Assembly (NCBI GenBank): GCA_910585815.1
Contig: CAJUFJ010000003.1
Coordinates: 17,696-81,695, forward strand
From: an uncultured Oscillospiraceae bacterium
GTDB taxonomy: Bacteria; Bacillota; Clostridia; Oscillospirales; Oscillospiraceae
Direction: 5' to 3'
DNA length: 64,000 bases
Below the pieces are notes generated by a model. The model was not told where the DNA came from. It did not search any database and saw nothing but the letters and a program-made list of their open reading frames with translations. The position numbers and the translations under genes were made by a program. Shown here piece after piece: positions 57,334-64,000 of this stretch (the stretch's first letter is position 1; the number at the start of each line of letters is the position of its first letter).

Positions 57334-58650
57334 CCCCTCGGGGACCGCCAGCTTGCCCTGGGCGCGCTTTGGAATCATGCACTTTGTAAAGCCTAAACGC
57401 TTTACCTCTGCCAGCCGCTGGCCCAGGGCGCTGGCCGCCCGGAGTTCGCCGGTAAGGCCCACCTCCCCGATGGCGGCCAGGTCGTTGGGGACGGGCCTGT
57501 CCCGAAAGCTGGATGCCAGAGCCAGAATGGCGGCCAGATCGGCGGCGGGCTCCTCCAGATACAGCCCGCCAATCACGTTGACATACGCGTCGCAGCCGCC
57601 CACCATCAGGCCGCCCCGCTTCTCCAGAACGGCCAGCAGCAGCATGGAGCGGCTGTAGTCAAAGCCGTTGCTCACCCGCCGGGGGTTGCCCAGGCTGGAG
57701 GGCACCACCAGGGCCTGAATCTCCGCCAGCACCGGCCGCACCCCCTCCATCACGCAGGTGACACAGGTGCCGGGGGAGTCGGTAGGCCGGCCGGCCAGCA
57801 TGGCTTCGGAGGGGTTGGGCACCTCCGTGAGTCCCACATCCTCCATCTCAAAGACGCCGATCTCGTTGGTGGCACCGAAGCGGTTTTTGGCCGCCCGGAG
57901 GATGCGGTAGGCCATGTGCCGCTCCCCCTCGAAATAGAGGACGCAGTCCACCATATGCTCCAGCACCTTGGGCCCGGCGATGGACCCCTCCTTGTTCACA
58001 TGTCCGATGACAAAAACGGTAATATTCTCCCCCTTGGCCAGCTGCATCAGTGTCAAGGTACATTCCTTTACCTGGCTTACGCTGCCTGGGGCGGAGGTCA
58101 CATCCCCGTGGTACAGGGTCTGGATGGAGTCCACAATGAGCACGTCGGGCTGGAGCTGGTGAACGGCGTCCACCAGGTTCTCCAGGTTGGTCTCCGCCAG
58201 CAGGTAGAGCCCCTCTCCCCGCACTCTCAGCCGCTCCGCCCGCAGCTTGATCTGCCGCTCCGACTCCTCCCCCGATACATACAGCACCTTGGCGAAGCGG
58301 CACAGATTGTCGCAGATTTGCAGCATCAGGGTGGACTTGCCGATGCCCGGCGCGCCGCCCACCAGCACCAAGGAACCCTTTACCGCTCCCCCGCCCAGCA
58401 CCCGGTCCAGCTCCCCCATGCCGGTGGCAAAGCGCAGTTCGTCGGTGGTCTCCACCTCCTTCATGGGCCGGGGGCGGTTGATGGCCACCCCGGTTACGGA
58501 GCCCCCCTTCACCGGCCCGGACCGCTTGGCGGGCTTCTCCGCCGGCTGCTCCACAATGGTGTTCCACGCCCTGCACGCCGGGCACTGCCCCGCCCACTTG
58601 GGCAGCTCGTTGCCGCAGTCGGTGCAGTAAAATAAAGTCTTAGCTTTCAT
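57280..58650 (-). CDS. radA: DNA repair protein RadA
   Basis: N-terminal Zn finger CTDCGNELPKWAGQCPAC, Walker A GAPGIGKST, KNRFG motif and a Lon-like C-terminus. Confidence 0.95.
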   Translation of the reverse strand: MKAKTLFYCTDCGNELPKWAGQCPACRAWNTIVEQPAEKPAKRSGPVKGGSVTGVAINRPRPMKEVETTDELRFATGMGELDRVLGGGAVKGSLVLVGGAPGIGKSTLMLQICDNLCRFAKVLYVSGEESERQIKLRAERLRVRGEGLYLLAETNLENLVDAVHQLQPDVLIVDSIQTLYHGDVTSAPGSVSQVKECTLTLMQLAKGENITVFVIGHVNKEGSIAGPKVLEHMVDCVLYFEGERHMAYRILRAAKNRFGATNEIGVFEMEDVGLTEVPNPSEAMLAGRPTDSPGTCVTCVMEGVRPVLAEIQALVVPSSLGNPRRVSNGFDYSRSMLLLAVLEKRGGLMVGGCDAYVNVIGGLYLEEPAADLAAILALASSFRDRPVPNDLAAIGEVGLTGELRAASALGQRLAEVKRLGFTKCMIPKRAQGKLAVPEGLELIRVANIREAMAALL

Positions 58651-58664
58651 ATGTTCTCCTTTGT
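58584..58664. repeat. copy 1 of duplicated radA RBS + first 22 codons (functional copy)
   Basis: Aligns with 59296-59380. It contains a 32-nt identical core, CCCGCCCACTTGGGCAGCTCGTTGCCGCAGTC, plus GTGCAGTAAAATA and the TGTTCTCCTTTGT RBS region. Confidence 0.85.
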
Positions 58665-59270
58665 TCAGAGCAACTTTTTGTTGTTTTCGCCCACTGCTTC
58701 GATCAGCCGGCCTTTTTCAAACACAGCAATTGTACCCACTGGAAAGTGCAGGATACTGATGGCCTGCTCGCAGAACCGGCGCAGCTGGTAGGTATACGCC
58801 TTGGCATAGTCCTCCAAGCTAGACGGCCCACTGAAGAAAACGGACGTGCAGGTCCAGCCGGAATCGCCGTTTTCTGGAGCGGTGTCTCGAATCATGTAGA
58901 TTCTGTCCGCGCTCAGCGCCCCTGTCTCAACAATCAGCGTATCCTGAAAGGTTGTTTCCAACGGTTGAATCCCCGCATGGCTGATTGCTTTAGACTGCTC
59001 CTTAAAGTAGGTCAGTGCCAGGGACAAGTCCGGGGTACTGTCTTCAAAGGGATTTTTAGTATAATCCAGAGCGAAAAGTTGGTATTGTCCCTCTTTTTCC
59101 ACCACACGAAAGTAGTTCCATCCAATTTGGAGCAGTTCTCCGTCCCGCAATACGTTGTATTGTTCCTCCTGATTGCGGATGATTCGGGCCAGGAATTCCG
59201 CCGCTGTGCTCAAAGCCGCATCGGCCAAAAAGAAATACTCCTTATGGCCAATCTGATATTGGTACCGCAT
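58665..59270 (-). CDS. hypothetical protein with DUF2185 (Imm33)-like C-terminal region
   Basis: C-terminal ...PENGDSGWTC... motif. The ATG at 59270 follows GAGAAGGGG. Its stop abuts the radA RBS. Confidence 0.6.
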   Translation of the reverse strand: MRYQYQIGHKEYFFLADAALSTAAEFLARIIRNQEEQYNVLRDGELLQIGWNYFRVVEKEGQYQLFALDYTKNPFEDSTPDLSLALTYFKEQSKAISHAGIQPLETTFQDTLIVETGALSADRIYMIRDTAPENGDSGWTCTSVFFSGPSSLEDYAKAYTYQLRRFCEQAISILHFPVGTIAVFEKGRLIEAVGENNKKLL

Positions 59271-59293
59271 ATTTTGTCCCCTTCTCTTTTGCT

Positions 59294-59362
59294 TTACTGG
59301 CCCGCCCACTTGGGCAGCTCGTTGCCGCAGTCAGTGCAGTAAAATAGGGTTTTTGCCTTCAT
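59294..59362 (-). pseudogene. radA 5' stub (22 codons + stop)
   Basis: Encodes MKAKTLFYCTDCGNELPKWAGQ*, identical in protein to RadA residues 1-22 but with synonymous DNA differences. Confidence 0.8.
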
Positions 59363-59380
59363 GGATCTGTTCTCCTTTGT
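59296..59380. repeat. copy 2 of duplicated radA RBS + first 22 codons
   Basis: See copy 1. The offset between copies is about 712-716 bp. Confidence 0.85.
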
Positions 59381-59397
59381 GTGACGGTTATAGTATT

Positions 59398-59856
59398 TCA
59401 AACACGCTTTTTCATCACATCATAGCATAAAAAGTCATGGTTATCGGTGGGAAGCATGTGGTAGCTGACCGCCTCATATCCCCGTTTCAGATACATCCCT
59501 TTCGCCGGGAACGAGGCAGCCAGAACAATCTCGGAGGCCTGACCGGAGACCGTTTTCTCTGCATAATCAAGCATTTCCGTGCCATACCCTTTTCCCTGAA
59601 ACGCAGGCAAAACAAATAACCGGCATATCTCATTCCCCGATACCGTAACAGTGCCTACAACATTCCCCGCTGCGTCCTGACAGAGAAACACCTGATTCTG
59701 TTCAATATCATGGACAATATTGGCCTCGCTGTGATGCTTAAGGAAAAAATCCACCGCTCCCCTGGGGTAATAATGGGGATATACCTCAGATATTGTGCTT
59801 TCAACAACATATTTTACCGTGTTCAGATCGGACAGGACCGCTTGTCTCAGGCACAT
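59398..59856 (-). CDS. GNAT-family N-acetyltransferase
   Basis: LFVLPAFQGKGYGTEML acetyl-CoA binding pattern. Confidence 0.85.
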   Translation of the reverse strand: MCLRQAVLSDLNTVKYVVESTISEVYPHYYPRGAVDFFLKHHSEANIVHDIEQNQVFLCQDAAGNVVGTVTVSGNEICRLFVLPAFQGKGYGTEMLDYAEKTVSGQASEIVLAASFPAKGMYLKRGYEAVSYHMLPTDNHDFLCYDVMKKRV

Positions 59857-59915
59857 TTTTGTTCACCGCCGCCGTCTCATTTTCAGCCTGATTTTACCAC
59901 AAACAGCGCCCGGAT

Positions 59916-60623
59916 TCAAGGGGCAGTCAGCCATGCGGCGGCGATGACGGCGGACAGCCTGCGCTGGTAGTCCTCGTCCCGAAGCATGGCTTCCTCCTCC
60001 GGGTTGGTGAGAAATCCACACTCGATGAGGATGGCGGGACAGGTGACGTGATTCATTATGTAAACTGTATCGGGAATCTGCTTTACAGCCCGCTCATTTT
60101 CAGGCTGTAGGGCGGCTTTTATGCTGTTCTGGAAGTGCTCCGCCAGCTCCTGAGACCCCTCGGTGGGGGCGTAAAAGACGTGGGTCCCGTGGTAGCGGCT
60201 GCCGGGGTAGGTGTTCTGGTGGATGCTGAGCAGGGTCCCCCCCTCCACCGCCTCAACGGCCGCCACCCGGTTCTTCAGATCGGACCGCTTTTTCTCCCGC
60301 AGGGTGCCGGCGCCGCTGTCATGGAGGGAAACGTCTTCCTCCCGGAGCAGGATGGGGTCCACCCCGTACAGGCCCAGCACATCCCGCAGCTTGAGCACGA
60401 TAGCCAGGTTGATTTTGCTCTCCGGGACGCCGGTAATGGACACCGCCCCCCCGTCCTCCCCGCCGTGGCCGGCGTCCAACACCAGCGGGCCGGTCCGCTG
60501 AACGGCCGACGGCTCCATGGCCGGCTCCACCAGGCTGTTCAGCCGGCCCAGGGCCAGCGCCAGCAGCACCACTGTGCCAATGAGCGCCCCGGCCAGCAGG
60601 ATACCTTTTTTCAATACGACCAC
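59916..60623 (-). CDS. cwlD: N-acetylmuramoyl-L-alanine amidase, CwlD-like
   Basis: TM N-terminus, LDAGHGGEDGGA and SIHQN motifs (Amidase_3). Confidence 0.85.
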   Translation of the reverse strand: MVVLKKGILLAGALIGTVVLLALALGRLNSLVEPAMEPSAVQRTGPLVLDAGHGGEDGGAVSITGVPESKINLAIVLKLRDVLGLYGVDPILLREEDVSLHDSGAGTLREKKRSDLKNRVAAVEAVEGGTLLSIHQNTYPGSRYHGTHVFYAPTEGSQELAEHFQNSIKAALQPENERAVKQIPDTVYIMNHVTCPAILIECGFLTNPEEEAMLRDEDYQRRLSAVIAAAWLTAP

Positions 60624-60762
60624 CTCCTCCCTATCCTATGGGCGCCGACTTGTCCCCTATGCGTGTACCCATCGGCCGCCGAACTCATAGAATGGACTGA
60701 GGGGGATGCTGTGCGCTCCCCGCGCCCGTCCTCCTTGGATTGAATGAAGGAGGGAATTTCCC

Positions 60763-61260
60763 TTGTTTATGGAAAATAATACCGGTTCCCGGTCCGCTGC
60801 CGCGCAAAACGGGGCGCAGACCACCCCGGCCAGCTGCCCGGAGCCCAACGGCACCCTGCCGTCCTGCGCGGGGCTGGCGGTGCCCTATGTGCCCTTCCAG
60901 CAGAATAACCCGCAGAAATACGCTCAGACCGAGGCCCTGAGCAACGGCACCCTGTTCCCCGGCCTGAACCTGCCCTTCCGCCTGGCGGTGGAGGGCTCCA
61001 CCCTGCCCGCCACCCCCCTGGCCGAGCTCCAGGCCCTGGAGTTTGTGGTGCTGGAGCTCAACCTCTACCTGGACACCCACCGGGACGACACCGAGGCCTT
61101 TGCCCTGTTTAAGCAGTTCTCCGCCATGGAGAAGGCGGCCAAAGCGGCCTATGAGTCCAAATACGGCCCCATCACCAAGGAGACCGCCGCCGCCGCTGAC
61201 AGCTACCAGTGGCTGTCCGACCCCTGGCCCTGGAATTTTGCGCAGAATGAGGTGAAGTAA
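60763..61260 (+). CDS. fused CotJA-CotJB-like spore coat protein
   Basis: The N-half LAVPYVPFQ...EALSNGTLFPGLNLPF is CotJA-like. The C-half LELNLYLDTHRDD...KYGPI...DPWPWNF is CotJB-like. TTG start lies 8 nt after GAAGGAGGG. Confidence 0.75.
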   Translation: MFMENNTGSRSAAAQNGAQTTPASCPEPNGTLPSCAGLAVPYVPFQQNNPQKYAQTEALSNGTLFPGLNLPFRLAVEGSTLPATPLAELQALEFVVLELNLYLDTHRDDTEAFALFKQFSAMEKAAKAAYESKYGPITKETAAAADSYQWLSDPWPWNFAQNEVK

Positions 61261-61761
61261 ATGTTTCATTATGAGAAAAAACTGCAATTTCCGGTGAAGA
61301 TCGCCACCCCAAACCCCAAGCTGGCCGCCTTTATCATCAGCCAGTACGGCGGGCCCGACGGCGAACTGGGGGCCTCCATGCGCTACCTGTCCCAGCGGTA
61401 CGCCATGCCCTACGCCGAGGCCAAGGGCTTACTCACCGACATTGGTACGGAGGAGCTGGGCCATATGGAGATGGTGGCGGCCATCGTCCACCAGCTGACC
61501 CGGAACCTCAGCGACGAGGAGGTCCGGGCCAACCCGTCCTTTGCCCCCTACTTCGTGGACCACACCACCGGGGTCTACCCCACCGCCGCCTCCGGCTTCC
61601 CCTGGAGCGCCGGCTCCATCCAGTCCACCGGCGACGTCATCGCTGACCTGACCGAGGACCTGGCCGCGGATGAGGCGATGGTGGAAGTGCAACATGACCG
61701 GAAACCGTTGAGAACACTGGATTGTTGGTGGGACAAGCCTTTTCCGGCGGCGATGGTGTAA
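61261..61761 (+). CDS. cotJC: CotJC / manganese-catalase-family protein, C-terminally divergent/truncated
   Basis: YEKKLQFPVKIATPNP...GELGASMRYLSQRY...GTEELGHMEMVA is typical. After ...LTEDLAAD (about 61670) the sequence no longer resembles the family. Confidence 0.75.
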   Translation: MFHYEKKLQFPVKIATPNPKLAAFIISQYGGPDGELGASMRYLSQRYAMPYAEAKGLLTDIGTEELGHMEMVAAIVHQLTRNLSDEEVRANPSFAPYFVDHTTGVYPTAASGFPWSAGSIQSTGDVIADLTEDLAADEAMVEVQHDRKPLRTLDCWWDKPFPAAMV

Positions 61762-61874
61762 GGACAACCTGATAAAATTTTTGATGGGACAAGCTGTTTC
61801 CAAGGTAAAGATTTTGATTTCAGTAGGAGGACACATACAGGTATCCTCCTGCCGCATTATCATTTTCCCTTCCC

Positions 61875-61930
61875 TGTAGGAAAATCTTAAGAAAATCCGT
61901 AGAGAAATTTGAGAAAATTACTGGTATAAT
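61875..61930 (+). promoter_or_regulatory. operator array + promoter upstream of the vanR-like gene
   Basis: Four 11-bp-phased units, TGTAGGAAAAT / CTTAAGAAAAT / CCGTAGAGAAA / TTTGAGAAAAT, are followed by TGGTATAAT (-10 at 61925-30). Confidence 0.5.
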
Positions 61931-61966
61931 AAGTTCAAATCCGTCTTTAGAACAAGGAGCAACAAA

Positions 61967-62668
61967 ATGAGCACTCATATTTTAGTGGTAGATGATGAAA
62001 AAGAACTGGCTGATGTGATAGAGCTTTATCTCACCAACGATGGCTATACTGTCCATAAATTTTACACCGGCGCGGAAGCCCTGGACTGTATTGAACATAC
62101 CCATTTAGACCTGGCAATTTTGGATGTGATGCTCCCGGACGCGGATGGCTTTCAAATCTGCAAAAAGATCAGAGAAACCTCCTACTACCCTGTCATTATG
62201 CTGACCGCAAAGGCGGCGGACGGGGACAAGATCATGGGGCTGACCATCGGAGCTGACGATTACATCACAAAACCCTTTAATCCTTTGGAAGTCGTTGCCA
62301 GGGTAAAGACCCAGCTTCGACGGTATATGCACTATAACAATCCTCCAGCAAAGCCGGAAAAACCGGCCCATGAATACGATATTCGAGGGCTTGTCATTAA
62401 CAAGGACAATCACAAATGCTTCCTGTTTGGGAGAGAATTGCAGCTGACCCCTATCGAGTTTTCCATCCTCTGGTATCTCTGCGAGCGGCAGGGAATTGTC
62501 GTTTCTTCCGAAGAATTGTTCGAGGCAGTATGGGGCGAGAAATTCCTGCAAAATAACAATACTGTCATGGCCCACATCGGGCGGCTGCGGGAGAAAATGG
62601 GCGAACCAGCCAGAAACCCTAAATTCATCAAAACCGTATGGGGGGTAGGGTATACCATTGAAAAATAA
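61967..62668 (+). CDS. OmpR-family response regulator, VanR-like
   Basis: ILVVDDE...LDLAILDVMLPDADG...GLTIGADDYITKPFNPLE plus a winged-helix C-terminus. Close in pattern to VanR as recalled. Confidence 0.88.
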   Translation: MSTHILVVDDEKELADVIELYLTNDGYTVHKFYTGAEALDCIEHTHLDLAILDVMLPDADGFQICKKIRETSYYPVIMLTAKAADGDKIMGLTIGADDYITKPFNPLEVVARVKTQLRRYMHYNNPPAKPEKPAHEYDIRGLVINKDNHKCFLFGRELQLTPIEFSILWYLCERQGIVVSSEELFEAVWGEKFLQNNNTVMAHIGRLREKMGEPARNPKFIKTVWGVGYTIEK

Positions 62669-63776
62669 AGCTAACCACGAGTTTCGCCAGCTCCGTGTTA
62701 AGATTTTTCTCCGCACCATCGCTATGCTGGTGATTTCCGCCTCTATAGTCTACATCACATACTCTGTTCTCCTGCGGGGCAACTTTGCGAACCTGATGAT
62801 GGCCCTTCTGCAAAATATTTTTGGCATGGACTACGATGCGGCCCTTAATCTATATGACCGGATATTCCGAAGCCACATGGACGCTATCATTTTGCTGTCT
62901 ATTCTTGTCGTATTTATTTGCCTGCTTTCCGTTTTTCTCCATTGGATCACCAGATATTTTGAGGAAATCAACAAGGGGATGGAAACGCTGCTCCAAGATG
63001 CTCCCGGAGAAATCTCCCTGTCCCCGGAGCTGCTTTCCATTGAGCGGAAAATGAATATCGCAAAGCATACCTTTGACCGGCAGAAAAGCGATATGCTGAT
63101 TTCCGAACAGAAAAAGAATGATCTTGTCATGTATCTGGCTCACGACTTGAAAACGCCCCTGGCCTCCTCTATCAGCTACCTGAACCTACTGCGGGACGAA
63201 AAGCAGATTTCGGAGGAATTGCGTGAAAAGTATCTTTTCATTTCTCTTTCCAAGGCGGAGCGTTTGGAGGACTTAATCAACGAGTTTTTGGAAATCGCCA
63301 AATATAACCTGTCCACAATCACGCTGCAATATCGGGAAATCAATCTGACCCGCCTCCTGGAGCAGCTTGTCTATGAGTTTCAGCCGATTTTAGAAGAAAA
63401 GGGCCTGACCTGCCGTCTTGTGGCGGCAGACGATATCATGCTGAACTGTGACGCCGACAAGATGCAGAGGGTATTTGACAATCTTTTGCGAAATGCCGTC
63501 GTTTACAGCTACGACCAAACGGAGATCACCATTGAGGCCGAAAGAGGCGATAGTGGGGTTACGTTACAATTTTCCAATCACGGCGGGACAATTCCAAAAG
63601 AAAAGCTGGAACGGATTTTTGAGCAGTTTTACAGGCTGGACACAGGGCGCGGTACAGACGGGGCCGGGTTGGGCCTTGCGATTGCCAAGCAAATCGTTGC
63701 GCTCCACAAGGGGACAATTGCGGCGGAGAGCAGGGACGGCCTGACGGTTTTTACTGTAACACTTCCTGTTTTGTAG
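62658..63776 (+). CDS. sensor histidine kinase, VanS-like
   Basis: Two TM segments, an H-box MYLAHDLKTPL, an N-box DNLLRNAVVYS and a G-box GAGLGLAIAK. TTG start overlaps the regulator end. Confidence 0.88.
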   Translation: MKNKANHEFRQLRVKIFLRTIAMLVISASIVYITYSVLLRGNFANLMMALLQNIFGMDYDAALNLYDRIFRSHMDAIILLSILVVFICLLSVFLHWITRYFEEINKGMETLLQDAPGEISLSPELLSIERKMNIAKHTFDRQKSDMLISEQKKNDLVMYLAHDLKTPLASSISYLNLLRDEKQISEELREKYLFISLSKAERLEDLINEFLEIAKYNLSTITLQYREINLTRLLEQLVYEFQPILEEKGLTCRLVAADDIMLNCDADKMQRVFDNLLRNAVVYSYDQTEITIEAERGDSGVTLQFSNHGGTIPKEKLERIFEQFYRLDTGRGTDGAGLGLAIAKQIVALHKGTIAAESRDGLTVFTVTLPVL

Positions 63777-63816
63777 GAAAATTGTTAGAAAATTCGTAGG
63801 GAAAACGCAAAACAAA
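63772..63816 (+). promoter_or_regulatory. second copy of the operator array
   Basis: TGTAGGAAAAT / TGTTAGAAAAT / TCGTAGGGAAA mirror the 61875 array. The array overlaps the kinase stop codon. Confidence 0.5.
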
Positions 63817-63862
63817 CATCAGCGGTTTTGGTATGATAGAACCAAAACCGCTGATGCTTTTT
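63817..63862 (+). terminator. strong intrinsic terminator after the kinase gene
   Basis: Perfect 16-bp stem CATCAGCGGTTTTGGT / ACCAAAACCGCTGATG with an 8-nt loop, followed by CTTTTT. Confidence 0.75.
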
Positions 63863-63877
63863 ATGGGAGGAACATCT

Positions 63878-64000
63878 ATGTTTATGATAAGAGAAATCCT
63901 GGGCTATTGTATCATCAGCGCCGTTTGCCTTTTGGGGATGGCCGTTCTCTATGCGCCCGTCTGCTTTTTGCTCCGAAACCGGGTGCCGCCGGCAAAACAG
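63878..64000 (+). CDS. membrane protein, 5' part only (cut by window end)
   Basis: The ATG lies 7 nt after GGGAGG. The hydrophobic N-terminus is MFMIREILGYCIISAVCLLGMAVLYAPVCF. Identity unknown. Confidence 0.5.
   Translation, partial: MFMIREILGYCIISAVCLLGMAVLYAPVCFLLRNRVPPAKQ

Noticed and set aside
61967-64000. Calling the island a vancomycin-resistance (van) operon.
   Set aside because: Only the VanR/VanS-like regulatory pair is visible. No D-Ala-D-Lac/Ser ligase, dehydrogenase or dipeptidase lies within the window. The downstream gene is cut after 41 codons.

Overview
This is a high-GC chromosome segment from a spore-forming Clostridia-type organism. Supporting genes are SCIFF scfA/scfB, spoIIM, yunB, cwlD, cotJ and a SpoIID/LytB-like gene. 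An Oscillospiraceae-like origin is only my guess. All domain and family names come from reading the translations and from memory; no search was run.

Most of the window is ordinary housekeeping:
- the 3' part of ackA
- the nusB-xseA-xseB-ispA-dxs-tlyA-nadK-argR-recN block
- malic enzyme, tyrS, ligA, murD, xerD
- queA-tgt-yajC, asd-dapA-dapB, tcdA, radA

I saw no rRNA, tRNA, CRISPR array, transposase or recognisable defence system.

What stands out:
1. Small, visibly AT-richer cassettes encoding immunity-like proteins (four SMI1/KNR4-SUKH-like, one Imm70-like, one DUF2185-like) are wedged into otherwise conserved operons: scfA|scfB, queA|tgt, asd|dapA and upstream of radA. No toxin gene is in sight. 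The radA case keeps an ~81-85 bp duplication of the radA RBS plus the first 22 codons, which marks the insertion junction.
2. A Tyr-type T-box leader controls an EamA permease-DUF4240-tyrS operon.
3. An orphan promoter, a hairpin and an intrinsic terminator lie upstream of asd and look like an unclassified attenuator.
4. A VanR/VanS-like two-component island carries the same 11-bp-periodic operator array at two promoters. It abuts a 3'-truncated cotJC.
5. There is an XRE-HTH::desulfoferrodoxin fusion in which one centre II histidine is replaced.
6. A membrane-anchored XRE regulator sits with two paralogous unknown proteins.
7. An exact Firmicutes dif XerD half-site lies upstream of spoIIM-xerD.

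None of these is proven. I cannot point to a clearly novel multi-gene system with confidence.
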